A DNA stretch of 64,000 nt from an uncultured cyanobacterium (GTDB lineage Bacteria; Cyanobacteriota; Cyanobacteriia; Pseudanabaenales; Pseudanabaenaceae): assembly GCA_963703315.1 (NCBI GenBank), contig OY969811.1, forward strand, positions 288,001 to 352,000, read 5' to 3'. Below, in pieces: positions 1-11,786 of the stretch (position 1 is its first letter; each line of letters opens with the position of its first letter). Made by a program: the position numbers and the translations under genes. Below the pieces are notes generated by a model. The model saw only the letters and a list, made by a program, of their open reading frames with translations, was not told the origin of the DNA and did no database searches.

Positions 1-215
1 TCAGGAATTATAGGGACTCTAGGACTTACGCCAGTGGTGTGATAGATGCCCATATCGACACCAAAGTACCAATCATCACGACTTTTCCAAATATATTCCA
101 GCAAGAACAATAGTAAATTCGGTACAAAATTCTGGTCTTCGTTATCCACAGGCGTATCATCGGAATCAGGTAATTCGTCGCTGGTGGGTAGATATTGGCG
201 ATCTATTTGTAGCAT
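1..215 (-). CDS. Uma2 (DUF820) family endonuclease, 5' part (runs off window)
   Basis: Hand translation MLQIDRQYLPTSDELPDSDDTPVDNEDQNFVPNLL...DWYFGVDMGIYH...IIP, a typical cyanobacterial Uma2 N-terminus; not in the ORF track. Confidence 0.8.
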   Translation of the reverse strand, partial: MLQIDRQYLPTSDELPDSDDTPVDNEDQNFVPNLLLFLLEYIWKSRDDWYFGVDMGIYHTTGVSPRVPIIP

Positions 216-386
216 CAGCTAATCCCAGAAGTATCTTAGCTATTCGGATTGTACTACATAGCAATGTAAGCTTTGCTGAGGACATCAAAGACGAGTGACG
301 GTAAGAGTCCGCTGTCACTCATCTCTTGGGTTTGATAGGGTTGCTATACTATTATTTTGCGTTGTGAAAAGAGATTAAGTAAAAAC

Positions 387-1520
387 ATGGCAGCGATAGG
401 CATCATGACCGCACAGGTGCGTCCCGAACGTGAGATCGGACAAATCCATGTTTATGACGGAACAGGCAAAGGCAAATCACAGGCAGCATTGGGCGTAGTA
501 CTGCGATCGCTAGGACTAGGAATGTCCGACACATCGCCCTTTGGCACAAGAATTTTGTTATTGCGATTTCTTAAGGGGGCTGAGCGTGAATATGCCGAAG
601 ATGCGGCGATTTCGGCTTTGCAACAGGGATTTCCCCATTTAATCGATCATGTACGCACTGGTCGCGCCGAATTTTTTGATGCTGAACACGTCACGCCTTT
701 TGATCGCCAAGAAGCCGAACGTGGTTGGGCGATCGCTAAAGGTGCAATGGCTTCAGGACTTTACTCCGTAGTGGTCTTAGATGAAATTAATCCCGTTCTC
801 GATTTAGGACTAATTCCTGTCGATCGCGTCGTCAAAGATTTAAAAAATAAACTACCGCATCTCGAAGTAATCTGTACAGGACGCGGCGCACCACAATCAC
901 TAATTGATATTGCTGACCTGCACTCAGAAATGCGATCGCACGATGAGGCTCATGCCGAGAAATATGGTGTGACGGGGATCGAGATTTATACGGGGGCAGG
1001 TAAAGGGAAAAGCACTTCGGCTTTGGGGCGATCACTCAAGGCGATCGGTACAGGCATTAGCCGCGATTTATCGCACCGTGTGCTGATCATGCAATGGCTT
1101 AAGGGCGGTGCTGGCTATACTGAAGACGCAGCGATCGCTGCTCTTAAACGGGGCTATCCCCATGTGATCGATCATCAACGCTGTGGACGTGATGCGATCG
1201 TGTGGCGGGGTCAGCAACAGGAAATGGACTGTATCGAAGCTCAACGTGGTTGGGAAATTGCTCAAGCTGCGATCGCCTCAGGACTCTACAAAACGATCAT
1301 CCTTGACGAACTCAATCCCACTGTTGATCTGGATTTATTACCTGTCGAGCCAATCTGCCAAGCCTTACTCAAAAAATCTCGTGATACGGAAATAATCATC
1401 ACAGGACGCTGCCTCAATCAGCCCGCCTATTTTGATCTTGCTTCCATTCATTCCGAGATGGTCTGCCACAAACACTATGCCGAAAAGGGCGTAGACCTCA
1501 AACGCGGGGTAGATTTTTAG
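387..1520 (+). CDS. cobA: cob(I)yrinic acid a,c-diamide adenosyltransferase, tandem two-domain form
   Basis: Two GxGKGKS P-loops and two LDE(I/L)N...TGR motifs; ATG at 387 preferred over TTG at 357. Confidence 0.85.
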   Translation: MAAIGIMTAQVRPEREIGQIHVYDGTGKGKSQAALGVVLRSLGLGMSDTSPFGTRILLLRFLKGAEREYAEDAAISALQQGFPHLIDHVRTGRAEFFDAEHVTPFDRQEAERGWAIAKGAMASGLYSVVVLDEINPVLDLGLIPVDRVVKDLKNKLPHLEVICTGRGAPQSLIDIADLHSEMRSHDEAHAEKYGVTGIEIYTGAGKGKSTSALGRSLKAIGTGISRDLSHRVLIMQWLKGGAGYTEDAAIAALKRGYPHVIDHQRCGRDAIVWRGQQQEMDCIEAQRGWEIAQAAIASGLYKTIILDELNPTVDLDLLPVEPICQALLKKSRDTEIIITGRCLNQPAYFDLASIHSEMVCHKHYAEKGVDLKRGVDF

Positions 1521-1549
1521 GAAGTAGAGAGAGCAACTAGATGCTCTTT

Positions 1550-3757
1550 CTACTCTTCTTTAGAACCTTCAATTGCCGTCAATGTTGGCTCAGACTCTTC
1601 TTCAGTTTCTGTGGGCGTGAGGTAGTACTGATCGTAGTATCCATAATGATATTCACTATCAGAGGAGCCAATCATATTAATCAATAACCCAGAAATATGC
1701 GCCCTTCCTGTCGATAAAACTTCTAATGCCCGCAAAATTCCACTTCTAGTAGAACGATTAATCGCTGCCACTAAGATAAATGTATCTACTTTAGAAGTTA
1801 AACATTGAGCATCGGTAATTCCAATTAGAGGCGGAGTATCCACTAGTACATAGTCGTACTCTTGTCTCCATTCTTGCAAGAGGGCTGTCATTTTGTTTGA
1901 CTCTAACAACAGCATTGGATTTGGAGGAAGAGAACCTGATGTTAAAATGTGCAGATTACCCTTTTCATCCGCAACTTGCACTATATCTTGCCAAGGATTG
2001 GGTGTTGCCAAAGCTGTAGACAAGCCAACTTTATTACTCAGTTTCGCCAACTTATGAATCGATGGCTTTCGCATATCCGCATCCACTAATAGAACTTTGT
2101 ATCCTAAAGCAGATAGAATGATTGCTAAATTATAGGTCAAGGTACTCTTACCTTCAGAAGGTACAGACGAAGTGAAGGCAATCACTTTCATCATGTTATC
2201 TGTACCCAAATAGCGTAGGTTTAAGGCTAGAGAACTAAGAGATTCTTTAAAAGCATAGTAGCTACTGGTAGGTAATATCCCTTGGCTAATTATTGATGTC
2301 AAAGAGGCAACTTCTGTGAAAGGCACTGAAGCGAGTAAGGGAACATCGATAATCTCTCTGACTTCCTCTACTTCACGAATCCGTTGATCCAAGCGATTGA
2401 GAATTAAGGCAAATAAAACGCCTAGACTGATCCCCGCGATCGCCCCAGTAATTAAGCCTCTTTCAATATCTGGAGAAGAAGGTCTGATCGGAATTAGAGG
2501 CGGCTCCAAAACTTTCCATGAGGAAATTTCCTGAGCTTCAGAAATTCTGAGTTCTTCTAATTTTTCAGTGAGCTTATTGTAAGTACTGGTATCAAGAGCC
2601 AGTTGCCTCTGAATTTCCACATACTTTTGCTGAATCTGCGGGATTTTAGAAAATGCGACAGAGACTTGAGACTGCGCGTTCCTAATACTTGCTAGTTGGG
2701 CTTGACTGACAGCAAGGTTTGTTTGAGCATCAAATAACTGAGACGCAAGATTTTGTTGAATCGCGCTATTCGGCTCATTGGTGATGTTTGCAGGACTCTT
2801 TTTAATGCCAACTACAGACTGAGCGCGAGTCTCTAGGAGCTTGTAGAGTTCATCACGACGGTCTTTTAGGGCAATTACGCTAGGATGATCGGCACGAAAT
2901 CTAGTACGTTCTAGAAAGTAATTAGTTTCCACGTCTTGGAACTGTTTGACTAGGGATTGATAGGGGGCATCCTGTTGCAAGATTGCACCACCGATCGCTG
3001 CCTCTGGAGATTTACCAACTTGACGGCGCAACACCTCATATTGCTGTTGAATTTGAGCGATTTTAATTTGTAAATCCTGCGCCTGATTTTCTAGAGATTC
3101 GCGCATTTTGTAAACAGATGCTGCGTAGGTATCAGGATCAACGATGTTATAGTTCTTGCGGAATTGGGTAACCGCTAGAGCCGACTTATCAAGTTGCTTC
3201 TTAACTTGAGGTAATTTCTCTTGAATAAATTTAATCGCGGTACTGGACTTAGTACGGCGATCGCCCAAACTATACTCGACATAGGTTTGAGATAACGCAT
3301 TTAAAACTTCGCGAGCGCGTTTAGGATCGCTATCGGTATAAGTAAGCCGCAAAATCAACGCATCTTTTTCAGGGCGGATATCTAACCCTCCCATAATTGT
3401 GCCAGCGTCGATATCCTTATAAGCGCTATTTGACTGCCGCATCTTAGAGACAGCGATTTCAATTAATGGACGGCTCCTCAAGATAGCGATTTCTGTACCG
3501 AGATTAATCAGTGAGGTATTAGGCAACCCAGGGACTTGAATATCAGATACGGCGATCGTTGAGTTGATTAGAAGAGAAGCATTAGAGCGATATTGAGGCG
3601 TTCTGGTAAATGTATAGTAAGCATTTCCCGCAAACACTGTGACGGAAACGGCGACAACAACTAGCCAACGCTTGCGTAATACTCGTAAAAACTTGCCAAG
3701 CTTAAACGAATCATCGACATACTTGCTTACATAATTAGATTTAGGATATTCGTTCAT
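1550..3757 (-). CDS. Wzc/GumC-type polysaccharide export tyrosine autokinase
   Basis: N-terminal TM/Wzz region, coiled coil, second TM, SSVPSEGKST, DADMRKP, VDTPP, C-terminal Tyr cluster YHYGYYDQYY. Confidence 0.85.
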   Translation of the reverse strand: MNEYPKSNYVSKYVDDSFKLGKFLRVLRKRWLVVVAVSVTVFAGNAYYTFTRTPQYRSNASLLINSTIAVSDIQVPGLPNTSLINLGTEIAILRSRPLIEIAVSKMRQSNSAYKDIDAGTIMGGLDIRPEKDALILRLTYTDSDPKRAREVLNALSQTYVEYSLGDRRTKSSTAIKFIQEKLPQVKKQLDKSALAVTQFRKNYNIVDPDTYAASVYKMRESLENQAQDLQIKIAQIQQQYEVLRRQVGKSPEAAIGGAILQQDAPYQSLVKQFQDVETNYFLERTRFRADHPSVIALKDRRDELYKLLETRAQSVVGIKKSPANITNEPNSAIQQNLASQLFDAQTNLAVSQAQLASIRNAQSQVSVAFSKIPQIQQKYVEIQRQLALDTSTYNKLTEKLEELRISEAQEISSWKVLEPPLIPIRPSSPDIERGLITGAIAGISLGVLFALILNRLDQRIREVEEVREIIDVPLLASVPFTEVASLTSIISQGILPTSSYYAFKESLSSLALNLRYLGTDNMMKVIAFTSSVPSEGKSTLTYNLAIILSALGYKVLLVDADMRKPSIHKLAKLSNKVGLSTALATPNPWQDIVQVADEKGNLHILTSGSLPPNPMLLLESNKMTALLQEWRQEYDYVLVDTPPLIGITDAQCLTSKVDTFILVAAINRSTRSGILRALEVLSTGRAHISGLLINMIGSSDSEYHYGYYDQYYLTPTETEEESEPTLTAIEGSKEE

Positions 3758-3948
3758 CTTCAAATTTCACCCAAGTAGCCTTAGTTGTCAAAAGCTATAG
3801 CTATAAATTGCCTACATATCAAAATCAAAACAATAAAGTCAAAGCAATATAGTAATGACAGAATTGATTACTTATAGATTTTCAGAATTCCTATTTATAA
3901 TAATTAACAAAGCAGATTGTATATCAAACCTATAGAAATTTAGACTGA

Positions 3949-4482
3949 ATGCCCACAACAATTCCTACAATATACTCCACACTGTTCTTAACAATCCTGT
4001 TATTTGTGGGTCTAGTTTCCTTTTTACGTGGCTCAATTCGCGATCGTACTACTGATGCAATATTTGCCGTAGATCAAGTTAAAGAAGATTACCCAGACGA
4101 TCGCCTGTTGATGCAGGTGCGCGATCATTTTCGGCAAAGAGCTTATAAGGTAGTGGAGATTGATCCCGAACGCGAAATTGCAACTTTAGTAGGGCAAGTC
4201 CAGCCAAGTCTTTTTTTAGCAATATTTCTCACCAGCTTAGCCGCAGTTGGTCTGATTTGCTTAGGGCTAGTGTTAGGTATTTTAATTCCTGATTTAGAAA
4301 ATCTGTGGTTATGGCTGTTGGTGGCATCGCCGATCGCTGGCATATTTTATTGGCGAGGCACTCCCCGCGAACGCCAAGTTAGCTTGCAACTTTTACCTGA
4401 TGCAAAACTCAAAATCCGCGCCCACAAAGATGAAATTGCCGAGTTAGAGCGATCGCTAAATCTCGAAAAAATTGAAGCTTAG
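3949..4482 (+). CDS. ccb1: Cofactor assembly of complex C subunit B (CCB1-like)
   Basis: STLFLTILLFVGL..FLRGSIRDRT, PSLFLAIFL, FYW, AHKDE motifs; three TM segments. Confidence 0.75.
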   Translation: MPTTIPTIYSTLFLTILLFVGLVSFLRGSIRDRTTDAIFAVDQVKEDYPDDRLLMQVRDHFRQRAYKVVEIDPEREIATLVGQVQPSLFLAIFLTSLAAVGLICLGLVLGILIPDLENLWLWLLVASPIAGIFYWRGTPRERQVSLQLLPDAKLKIRAHKDEIAELERSLNLEKIEA

Positions 4483-4610
4483 AACTCAAATCCAAGAAGT
4501 GAATGGCGGCGCTTCATGCCGCCATTCACTTCTTGGATATATAAAAAAAATGCCGCTATTTTTTTATAATGGATTAAGAAGATTTTGCAAAAATTTAACC
4601 TTGGTACTTC

Positions 4611-6029
4611 ATGACTACTGTTTTACCCAGTCTTAGACAAGAGACTGTCTCCGCGAACTTATCCAAAAATAATCCTTCCAGTTTAGACAAGCTATCTCCC
4701 AATCAACAGCTTCTGCCTTTAACTGCTCTGGTTAACTCTAATGACCATCTAGAAATTGGTGGTTGTGATGTGGTGGACTTAGTGAAGCAATATGGCTCCC
4801 CACTGTATATTTTGGATGAAGTGAGCCTCAGAACTGCTTGCCAACAATATCGTGATGCGTTGGGAAAACATTATCAAGGCGCTTCACAGGTTTTATATGC
4901 GTCCAAAGCTTGGAGTTGTCTAGCAGTTTGTGCGATCGTTGGCTCTGAAGGACTAGGCATCGACGTAGTTTCCGCAGGTGAAATTTTGACCGCACTACGG
5001 GCTGATGTTTCACCAAGTTTGATTTATTTTCATGGCAATAATAAATCTGTCGATGAACTAAGCTATGCCCTAGAGTCGGGGATCACCATTGTGGTCGATA
5101 ACTGGCATGAGCTAAAAACCTTAGATCATCTTGCCAAAGAGCAATCCTCGGAGGCAAGTTTCATCGCACCACGCATCATGTTGCGCCTGACTCCTGGAAT
5201 TGAATGTCATACCCACGAATATATTCAAACAGGACATATTGACAGTAAGTTTGGCTTTGATCCCAATGAAATCGAAGCCGTATTTGCCTTTGTCGCAGAG
5301 TCTAGCCTCAACTGTGTTGGCATCCATGCTCATATCGGTTCGCAGATTTTTGAATTGCAACCGCACCAAGATATTGGTGGAGTGATGGTGCAGTGGTTTA
5401 AGCTGGCTGGTGAAAAATATAGCTTAAAGTTCTCAGAACTAAATATTGGCGGCGGCTTAGGGATTCGCTATGTCGAGTCGGATGATCCCCCTAGTATTGA
5501 AGAATGGATCAAAGCTGTCAGTGCAGGTGTGACTGATGCCTTTACTAGTGCAGGATTAGCATTGCCCAAATTACTCTGTGAACCAGGGCGATCGCTAGTG
5601 GGTGCAACCTGTGTCACTGCTTATACTATCGGTGGTAGTAAGACTGTGCCTGACATTCGTACCTATGTCACTATTGACGGTGGAATGTCCGACAACCCCC
5701 GCCCCATTACCTATCAATCAAAATATCGGGCGGTAGTCGCCAATCGGATGAGTGCCTCCTTGTCGCAAACTGTGACGATCGCGGGTAAACATTGTGAGTC
5801 AGGTGATATTTTAATTAAAGATATTCAATTGCCTGAGACTAGTGTGGGCGATATTTTGGTCGTATTTGGTACGGGTGCATACAACTACAGCATGGCATCG
5901 AATTACAATCGTTTGCCTAAGCCTGCGGCAGTTGTAGTTGAAGGTGGTGACTCTAGTTTGATGATCAAACGTGAAACTCGTGAGGATCTATTACGTCAAG
6001 ATTGTTTACCAGAGAGACTACGGAAGTAA
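4611..6029 (+). CDS. lysA: Diaminopimelate decarboxylase
   Basis: YASKA, HAHIGSQ, EPGRS, HCESGD, GAYNYSMASNYN. Confidence 0.95.
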   Translation: MTTVLPSLRQETVSANLSKNNPSSLDKLSPNQQLLPLTALVNSNDHLEIGGCDVVDLVKQYGSPLYILDEVSLRTACQQYRDALGKHYQGASQVLYASKAWSCLAVCAIVGSEGLGIDVVSAGEILTALRADVSPSLIYFHGNNKSVDELSYALESGITIVVDNWHELKTLDHLAKEQSSEASFIAPRIMLRLTPGIECHTHEYIQTGHIDSKFGFDPNEIEAVFAFVAESSLNCVGIHAHIGSQIFELQPHQDIGGVMVQWFKLAGEKYSLKFSELNIGGGLGIRYVESDDPPSIEEWIKAVSAGVTDAFTSAGLALPKLLCEPGRSLVGATCVTAYTIGGSKTVPDIRTYVTIDGGMSDNPRPITYQSKYRAVVANRMSASLSQTVTIAGKHCESGDILIKDIQLPETSVGDILVVFGTGAYNYSMASNYNRLPKPAAVVVEGGDSSLMIKRETREDLLRQDCLPERLRK

Positions 6030-6050
6030 GGTAGATGTTTTCAGTTGTGA

Positions 6051-6956
6051 ATGAGAGGGCGATGGATGCAGTGGTTTACCGATATCAACTCAATTGCATT
6101 CATCATGAGGGCGATCGATATCCTTGCATTACTAGGATTGATTTACCTCATGCTGTCCCTCAGCAACGATCGCCGCACTTTATTGATGGTGCGTGGAGTC
6201 ATCTTTTTATTAATTGCTAGTGTATTGAGCGATCGCCTTGGTTTGCGGTTGCTCAGTTTTGTTCTCGATAAATTACTAATTGGTTCCGCCGTAGCGATGG
6301 CAGTAATTTTACAGCCAGAACTGCGGCGATTTCTAGAACGACTTGGACGCGGTGATTTGATTTCTTTATTTCAACCGACTACTAATCGGCGGACAATTGT
6401 TGAAACTGATTCTGTACTCGAAGAAATTATCGAAGCTGTCATCGAGCTATCTCAAAATCGAACGGGTGCACTGATGATCATTGAGACTGGTGAACCGATT
6501 GACGAGCGCGATTTTTCTGTCCCAGGAGTCAAATTAAATGCCCTATTATCTAAAGAACTCCTACATACAATTTTTCAGACTTCGACCCTTCTGCATGATG
6601 GAGCCGTACTTATTCGTGAAGATCGAATTTTGGCTGCGGGTGTGATTTTACCGATTTCGGAACGGGCTGCTTCGCGGGAAATCGGCACAAGACACCGCGC
6701 TGCGATGGGCATTACGGATCGGGTGCGAAATTGCTTTTGTGTAGTAGTTTCTGAAGAAACAGGTTCGATCGCGATCGCGGAAAATGGCATATTAGATCGT
6801 CCGATCTCTAGTAGTCGTCTACGAGAAATATTAGAAACTAAACTAGGTAATTATCGTCCAGTGACTCTAGGTAGAACAGTTCCAGAATTTAACTGGCTCT
6901 GGTCAAAATTGAATTTTAAAAACATGGTAAGTCGAAAATCGTCCGAAAAGAAATGA
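6051..6956 (+). CDS. cdaA: Diadenylate cyclase CdaA
   Basis: Three N-terminal TMs, HDGA and GTRHRAA DAC motifs. Confidence 0.9.
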   Translation: MRGRWMQWFTDINSIAFIMRAIDILALLGLIYLMLSLSNDRRTLLMVRGVIFLLIASVLSDRLGLRLLSFVLDKLLIGSAVAMAVILQPELRRFLERLGRGDLISLFQPTTNRRTIVETDSVLEEIIEAVIELSQNRTGALMIIETGEPIDERDFSVPGVKLNALLSKELLHTIFQTSTLLHDGAVLIREDRILAAGVILPISERAASREIGTRHRAAMGITDRVRNCFCVVVSEETGSIAIAENGILDRPISSSRLREILETKLGNYRPVTLGRTVPEFNWLWSKLNFKNMVSRKSSEKK

Positions 6957-7696
6957 CTGCGAAGCTATTGCAAACTTTACCCCCAGATCTAGACCGCCAA
7001 CGCTTGCCTAAGCACGTCGCCGTAATTATGGACGGTAATGGACGTTGGGCAAAGCAAAAGGGGATGCCAAGAATTGCTGGTCATCGACAGGGCGTAGATG
7101 CCCTGAAGGATTTGTTACGCTGCTGCAAAGATTGGGGAATTGCCGCACTGACAGTGTATGCTTTTTCGACAGAAAATTGGAGTCGCCCCGCCCAAGAAGT
7201 TGACTTCTTGATGGTTTTATTTGAGCGGATGTTGCGCCGTGAATTGGAAGAAATGTGTCAAGAAGGTGTACGCATCTCTTTTGTCGGCGATCTGGATTCT
7301 CTCTCTAATTCTTTACGCAATGAGATTGAGCGATCGCAAACTGCGACAGCTAATAATCAAGCGATTCATTTCACAGTGGCGATCAATTATGGTAGTCGCC
7401 GCGAAATTGTGCGGGTCTGTCGTCAAATTGCCGAAGCAACTTTAGCAGGTGAAGTTAAACCTGAAAATATTGATGAAAATCTGTTTGAGCAGCATCTTTA
7501 TACCGCAGGTAACCATAATCCAGATTTATTAATTCGTACCAGTGGTGAAATGCGATTGAGTAATTTTCTGCTCTGGCAAATGGCATATACGGAGATGTAT
7601 TTCACCAATACGTTGTGGCCTGACTTTAACCGCAATGAGTTTCATCGAGCGCTGATTGATTATCAAGAGCGCGATCGCCGCTTTGGTAAAGTCTAA
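6953..7696 (+). CDS. uppS: Undecaprenyl diphosphate synthase (cis-isoprenyltransferase)
   Basis: [29 protein letters not shown]. Confidence 0.95.
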   Translation: MTAKLLQTLPPDLDRQRLPKHVAVIMDGNGRWAKQKGMPRIAGHRQGVDALKDLLRCCKDWGIAALTVYAFSTENWSRPAQEVDFLMVLFERMLRRELEEMCQEGVRISFVGDLDSLSNSLRNEIERSQTATANNQAIHFTVAINYGSRREIVRVCRQIAEATLAGEVKPENIDENLFEQHLYTAGNHNPDLLIRTSGEMRLSNFLLWQMAYTEMYFTNTLWPDFNRNEFHRALIDYQERDRRFGKV

Positions 7697-7727
7697 AGAT
7701 AAAATCTCACGTAGTGAGATTTTATCT

Positions 7728-8285
7728 TTAAAGCCAATGTTTGGGATAAGTGCGCTCTTCGGCGAGGTTATTAAAAATTACGGCACACAATACCAAAATT
7801 ACGGAACCTTCTAAGGTTGGGGTCACTAAAAACTGCCAGTCTGGTTTAGTCATCATCACTACCAAAGCTACTGCTCCTGATGGTGGATGTAAGGTATGTG
7901 TAAACTGCATGGTTGCGATCGCGGTAGCAACTGCTAATCCCATTGTCCAAGGGGAAGACCCAAATAGATGCAGAATTGTTAATGAGATCAACGCTGACAA
8001 AAGGTTCCCCCCAATGACATTGCGAGGTTGGGCTAAGGGACTTTCGGGAACACCAAAAATCAGGACACTAGTTGCTCCAAAGGGAGCCATGATCAAGGGT
8101 GAATTGGTAATTGTGGAAAGATAGGCAGTTGAGGCGATCGCAAGGCAACTACCAAACCAACTCCAAAAAATATGTTTATGATGTGGTCTTGCGATCGGAC
8201 AAGTTAGGGGGCAAGACTGCCATCTGCCAAAAAGTTTAAACCAGTAATTTTGCCATTTTGATCGTGCTTTTTGGAAATTCAACAT
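7728..8285 (-). CDS. HPP family membrane protein
   Basis: APFGAT, SPLAQPRN, LHPPSGA, YPKHW. Confidence 0.85.
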   Translation of the reverse strand: MLNFQKARSKWQNYWFKLFGRWQSCPLTCPIARPHHKHIFWSWFGSCLAIASTAYLSTITNSPLIMAPFGATSVLIFGVPESPLAQPRNVIGGNLLSALISLTILHLFGSSPWTMGLAVATAIATMQFTHTLHPPSGAVALVVMMTKPDWQFLVTPTLEGSVILVLCAVIFNNLAEERTYPKHWL

Positions 8286-8447
8286 GAATAAAAAATAAGA
8301 GGTAAAATGTCAAGAAACTATGACATTTTACCTCTAGAAACAAGAGTTTGGTTTATAAATGTAGCTAAATTTACAGATATTATAGCCTTTATCGTTATTA
8401 AACAACCAATGGCGCAAAGCGCCATTGGTTGTTTAATAACGATACGT

Positions 8448-10196
8448 TTAGTAATGATTACCAACTTTGCGGTGGTGGGCGGCGGTAAGAGCTTCAGGCT
8501 TAGAAACTCGACCTTCTTCAGCGATCGCATAGATAACCCAATGATCATTACATTCCATCCGACTGATCACTTCACATTCCATAAAGGCAAGGGCATCAGT
8601 GAGGATGGGCGAACCAAAAGAGGATAGCTGCGTTTTCACCCCTTCAAAGCGATCAGCCCCAGGAGCAAATCGTTTCAGGAAATGCTGCATTAGTTTGGAG
8701 TAGTTACCATCTTCGAGAACGTTCAGAACAAAGCGATCGCCTACTTGCATAAATGATTCGATCGCCCGATCCTTTGCCACTGCCACTGTAAAACCGAGGG
8801 GTTTAAAACTTGCCTGAGCAACCCAAGAGGCTAACATCGCACTACGTGCGCCGCCCTTAGCCGCCGAAATGATATACAGCCCACCTGCTAAGCGTCCTAG
8901 AGCTTTATCAAGATCAGCATCGATCGCTTTTAGCTGCTTGATATTTTGCTTACGAGTGAGCAACTGTCCTAAGTCAGTCCCCGCTTCATCACAGGTTTGA
9001 TAGGTAGCTTCGTTAGGGTTTTCACGGACTTTGATGGCAGGGAAGGCGGTGACCACACCTAAATCTTTAAACCGATTATTCAGCAAATCGATTGATGAAT
9101 CTTGATCTCCGTGAGGTTCGTAGAGACCAATCACTTGCTTTTCACTAGCTGCTGCCAAAATTGCACCGATCGCCGTTTCTACATGGGTATTCGATGCTGG
9201 GGGTGTGCAGACGACTAAACCTGATGCATGACCGACGAGTTCGCGCAATTCCTGCAAATCGATCGCCTTAAGATCTGCCATTTCCACAGCCACACCAGTT
9301 TTGGCAATCCCACGGGCGATCGCTTGCGATAGGCGATCGCAATAGCCATAGTCAGACACATAGCAAACTACGACATTGGTTTCGCCCTTAGTTTGTGCTT
9401 GACTCCATTGGCGATAGTTTTCCGTGAGTTCTTTGAGGTTATAACGCAGTAAAGGACCATGACCATTTGCCACGATTTCCGCCTGTGGCAATTCATCCAT
9501 GCGCTTCATCGCCGAAATTACCGAACGCGCATTAGGAGCCATCAAGCACTCGTAATAAAAGCGATAGTCAGGGGTAATTCTTTTTAAATCTTCATCGTAA
9601 ATTGCATCACTGCAATAGTGCATTCCAAAAATATCGCAAGTATACAAAATCGATGTGCCAAGATCGAAAGTCATCATCGTGTCAGGCCAGTGCAGATTTG
9701 GCGCATTCACAAACTGCAAAATATGACCATTACCGAGATCAACCTGATCGCCATTTTTGACAACTTGCTGCTTAAAAGGTCGATTCAATAGCTCAGAGAG
9801 GAACTGGAGCGCTACTTTTGTGGCGACCACAGTGACATTGGGCGCAAGCTCTAAGATTTCACTGACTAAACCGCTATGGTCTGGCTCCGTATGGCTAATT
9901 ACTAAATAATCAATCTGAGAAGGATCGATTTGCTCTTTTAATGTTTGCAAATATAGTTCGCGAAACTTAGCATGGGATGTATCGACTAGAGCTAGTTTTT
10001 CGCCACGAATGATATAGGAGTTATAGGTTGTACCATTTTGCAGACCAAACTCGATATCAAAGCGATCGCGATCCCAATCTAGCGATCGGATGGTCGTTGT
10101 GTCCGCCGCAATTTCCGCAACTTGCACTGTCAGGCGGCGTTCAATCGGCTGTGCCGCAACTTTGCCAATAGAAGGAATCTCAATAGCAGCTACCAC
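8448..10196 (-). CDS. flv3: Flavodiiron protein, Flv3-like
   Basis: Metallo-beta-lactamase domain with canonical HTEPDH and HWPD ligands, flavodoxin domain, flavin reductase domain ending HHRKVGNHY. Confidence 0.8.
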   Translation of the reverse strand: MVAAIEIPSIGKVAAQPIERRLTVQVAEIAADTTTIRSLDWDRDRFDIEFGLQNGTTYNSYIIRGEKLALVDTSHAKFRELYLQTLKEQIDPSQIDYLVISHTEPDHSGLVSEILELAPNVTVVATKVALQFLSELLNRPFKQQVVKNGDQVDLGNGHILQFVNAPNLHWPDTMMTFDLGTSILYTCDIFGMHYCSDAIYDEDLKRITPDYRFYYECLMAPNARSVISAMKRMDELPQAEIVANGHGPLLRYNLKELTENYRQWSQAQTKGETNVVVCYVSDYGYCDRLSQAIARGIAKTGVAVEMADLKAIDLQELRELVGHASGLVVCTPPASNTHVETAIGAILAAASEKQVIGLYEPHGDQDSSIDLLNNRFKDLGVVTAFPAIKVRENPNEATYQTCDEAGTDLGQLLTRKQNIKQLKAIDADLDKALGRLAGGLYIISAAKGGARSAMLASWVAQASFKPLGFTVAVAKDRAIESFMQVGDRFVLNVLEDGNYSKLMQHFLKRFAPGADRFEGVKTQLSSFGSPILTDALAFMECEVISRMECNDHWVIYAIAEEGRVSKPEALTAAHHRKVGNHY

Positions 10197-10359
10197 GATC
10201 TTGTCTCCCTATTTGATTTTCAACTATCCCCAGTCTAATGCTTACTTTTCGACAAGTCCAATTGAATGTACTAATTGATACTATAAGTAACTGACCAAAA
10301 AACTAAAAATCAGAGAGCAGCGTGAAGCGATGCTCTCTCAATAAATTTAATCTGCCACT

Positions 10360-10854
10360 ATGCCAGACCTCTATGTTTCGTGGGAAGAATATCATGCCAA
10401 TATCGAGCAATTGGCAGCCCAAATCTATCAGTCACAATGGGAGTTTGACCAAATTCTCTGTCTTGCTAGGGGGGGGTTACGCATTGGTGACATCCTTTCT
10501 CGGATTTATGACAAACCCCTTGCGATTCTGGCGGCATCTTCCTACGGCGGCAAAGATTTTCAGGAGCGCGGCAACTTAACGATCGCCCATAGCATGACGA
10601 TGACTACTGCTACCCTCGGTAAACGGATTCTGCTGGTTGATGATCTAGTAGATTCGGGTGAAACTCTTGCCCATATCCTCCAATGGCTCAAACAACATCC
10701 TGAATTTGCGATTACCGAAGTGCGATCGGCAGTTTTATGGTTTAAAGCTTGTTCTGTTGCCAAACCTGATTATTACGTGCAATTTCTAGCCGATAATCCT
10801 TGGATTCATCAACCTTTCGAGAAGTATGAAAAAATGCATCCTAGTGAACTATAG
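10360..10854 (+). CDS. Type I (purine) phosphoribosyltransferase
   Basis: LARGG and LLVDDLVDSGET PRPP-binding motif. Confidence 0.85.
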   Translation: MPDLYVSWEEYHANIEQLAAQIYQSQWEFDQILCLARGGLRIGDILSRIYDKPLAILAASSYGGKDFQERGNLTIAHSMTMTTATLGKRILLVDDLVDSGETLAHILQWLKQHPEFAITEVRSAVLWFKACSVAKPDYYVQFLADNPWIHQPFEKYEKMHPSEL

Positions 10855-11016
10855 CTGTCGCCACTCTTAAACCAGAATAGTGTGAGGCGGCGCAACGCGC
10901 CGCCTCACACTATTCTGGTTTTAAAAGTACAAAAGCTCGTCACACTTTTGTGAATTGGTATGACTACAGATTAAGATTGGAAAATTCTTTGAAGATTAAC
11001 TTTAACAATTAAGCAC

Positions 11017-11538
11017 ATGGACTTTAAAAGTATTATTCGTGATATTCCCGACTTTCCGCAGCAGGGCATCATTTTTCGAGATATTACGCCTCTATTAGCG
11101 CATTCTCAGGGGCTAACCGAAATTACGCAAAGGTTTAAAGCAAGATTTGAAGAACTGAATGTTGGCGCGATCGATGCCATCATTGGCATTGAATCACGCG
11201 GATTTATTTTGGGCGCACCCCTTGCTGCATTTTTAGGGGCGAGCTTTATCCCAGTCCGCAAACCCAAAAAATTGCCGTCAGATGTGTTTCGAGTAGAGTA
11301 TGCGCTGGAATATGGAACCGACACTTTAGAAATCCATCAAGATGCGATCGCCGCAGGTCAAAGGGTGATCATTATCGATGATGTAATTGCTACGGGTGGG
11401 ACTGCGGCGGCTACCGCAAAACTAGTGGAGCAAACTGGAGCAGAACTAGCGGGCTATGGTTTTTTAATTGAGCTAGATTTTCTCAAGGGTAGACAAGCAC
11501 TACCAGAAGTTCCAATTGTTTCGTTGGTGCATTATTAA
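11017..11538 (+). CDS. apt: Adenine phosphoribosyltransferase
   Basis: [31 protein letters not shown]. Confidence 0.95.
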   Translation: MDFKSIIRDIPDFPQQGIIFRDITPLLAHSQGLTEITQRFKARFEELNVGAIDAIIGIESRGFILGAPLAAFLGASFIPVRKPKKLPSDVFRVEYALEYGTDTLEIHQDAIAAGQRVIIIDDVIATGGTAAATAKLVEQTGAELAGYGFLIELDFLKGRQALPEVPIVSLVHY

Positions 11539-11563
11539 CTCATCTTACGCAGAGTAAAGATTT

Positions 11564-11616
11564 GCCCTCACCCCCAGCCCCCTCTCCCGCAATGCGAGGG
11601 GCTATGGGGTGAGGGC
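11564..11616. repeat. Short dispersed palindromic repeat (CCCTCACCCCCAGCCCCCTCTCCC family)
   Basis: gccctcacccccagccccctctcccg...ggggctatggggtgagggc; same family as the in-frame inserts in rqcH. Confidence 0.7.
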
Positions 11617-11786
11617 TTTATAAAACTTCTCTTAGTACAGGACAAATTGCGCGAAAAATTTAAGGAGAAAGTGCGATCGCTTTACAAAAAGTATCACCAA
11701 TAAAAAGAGAGTGGCAGCGCAATGCGCCGCCACTCTCTCATAACAAAGAAGCGATCGCCAATTGGCGATCGCTTCTTTGTTTGATA

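Noticed and set aside
387..1520. Internally duplicated CobA
   Set aside because: The two-domain form is, to my knowledge, normal in cyanobacteria.
4611..7696. lysA-cdaA-uppS operon
   Set aside because: Known conserved cyanobacterial arrangement.
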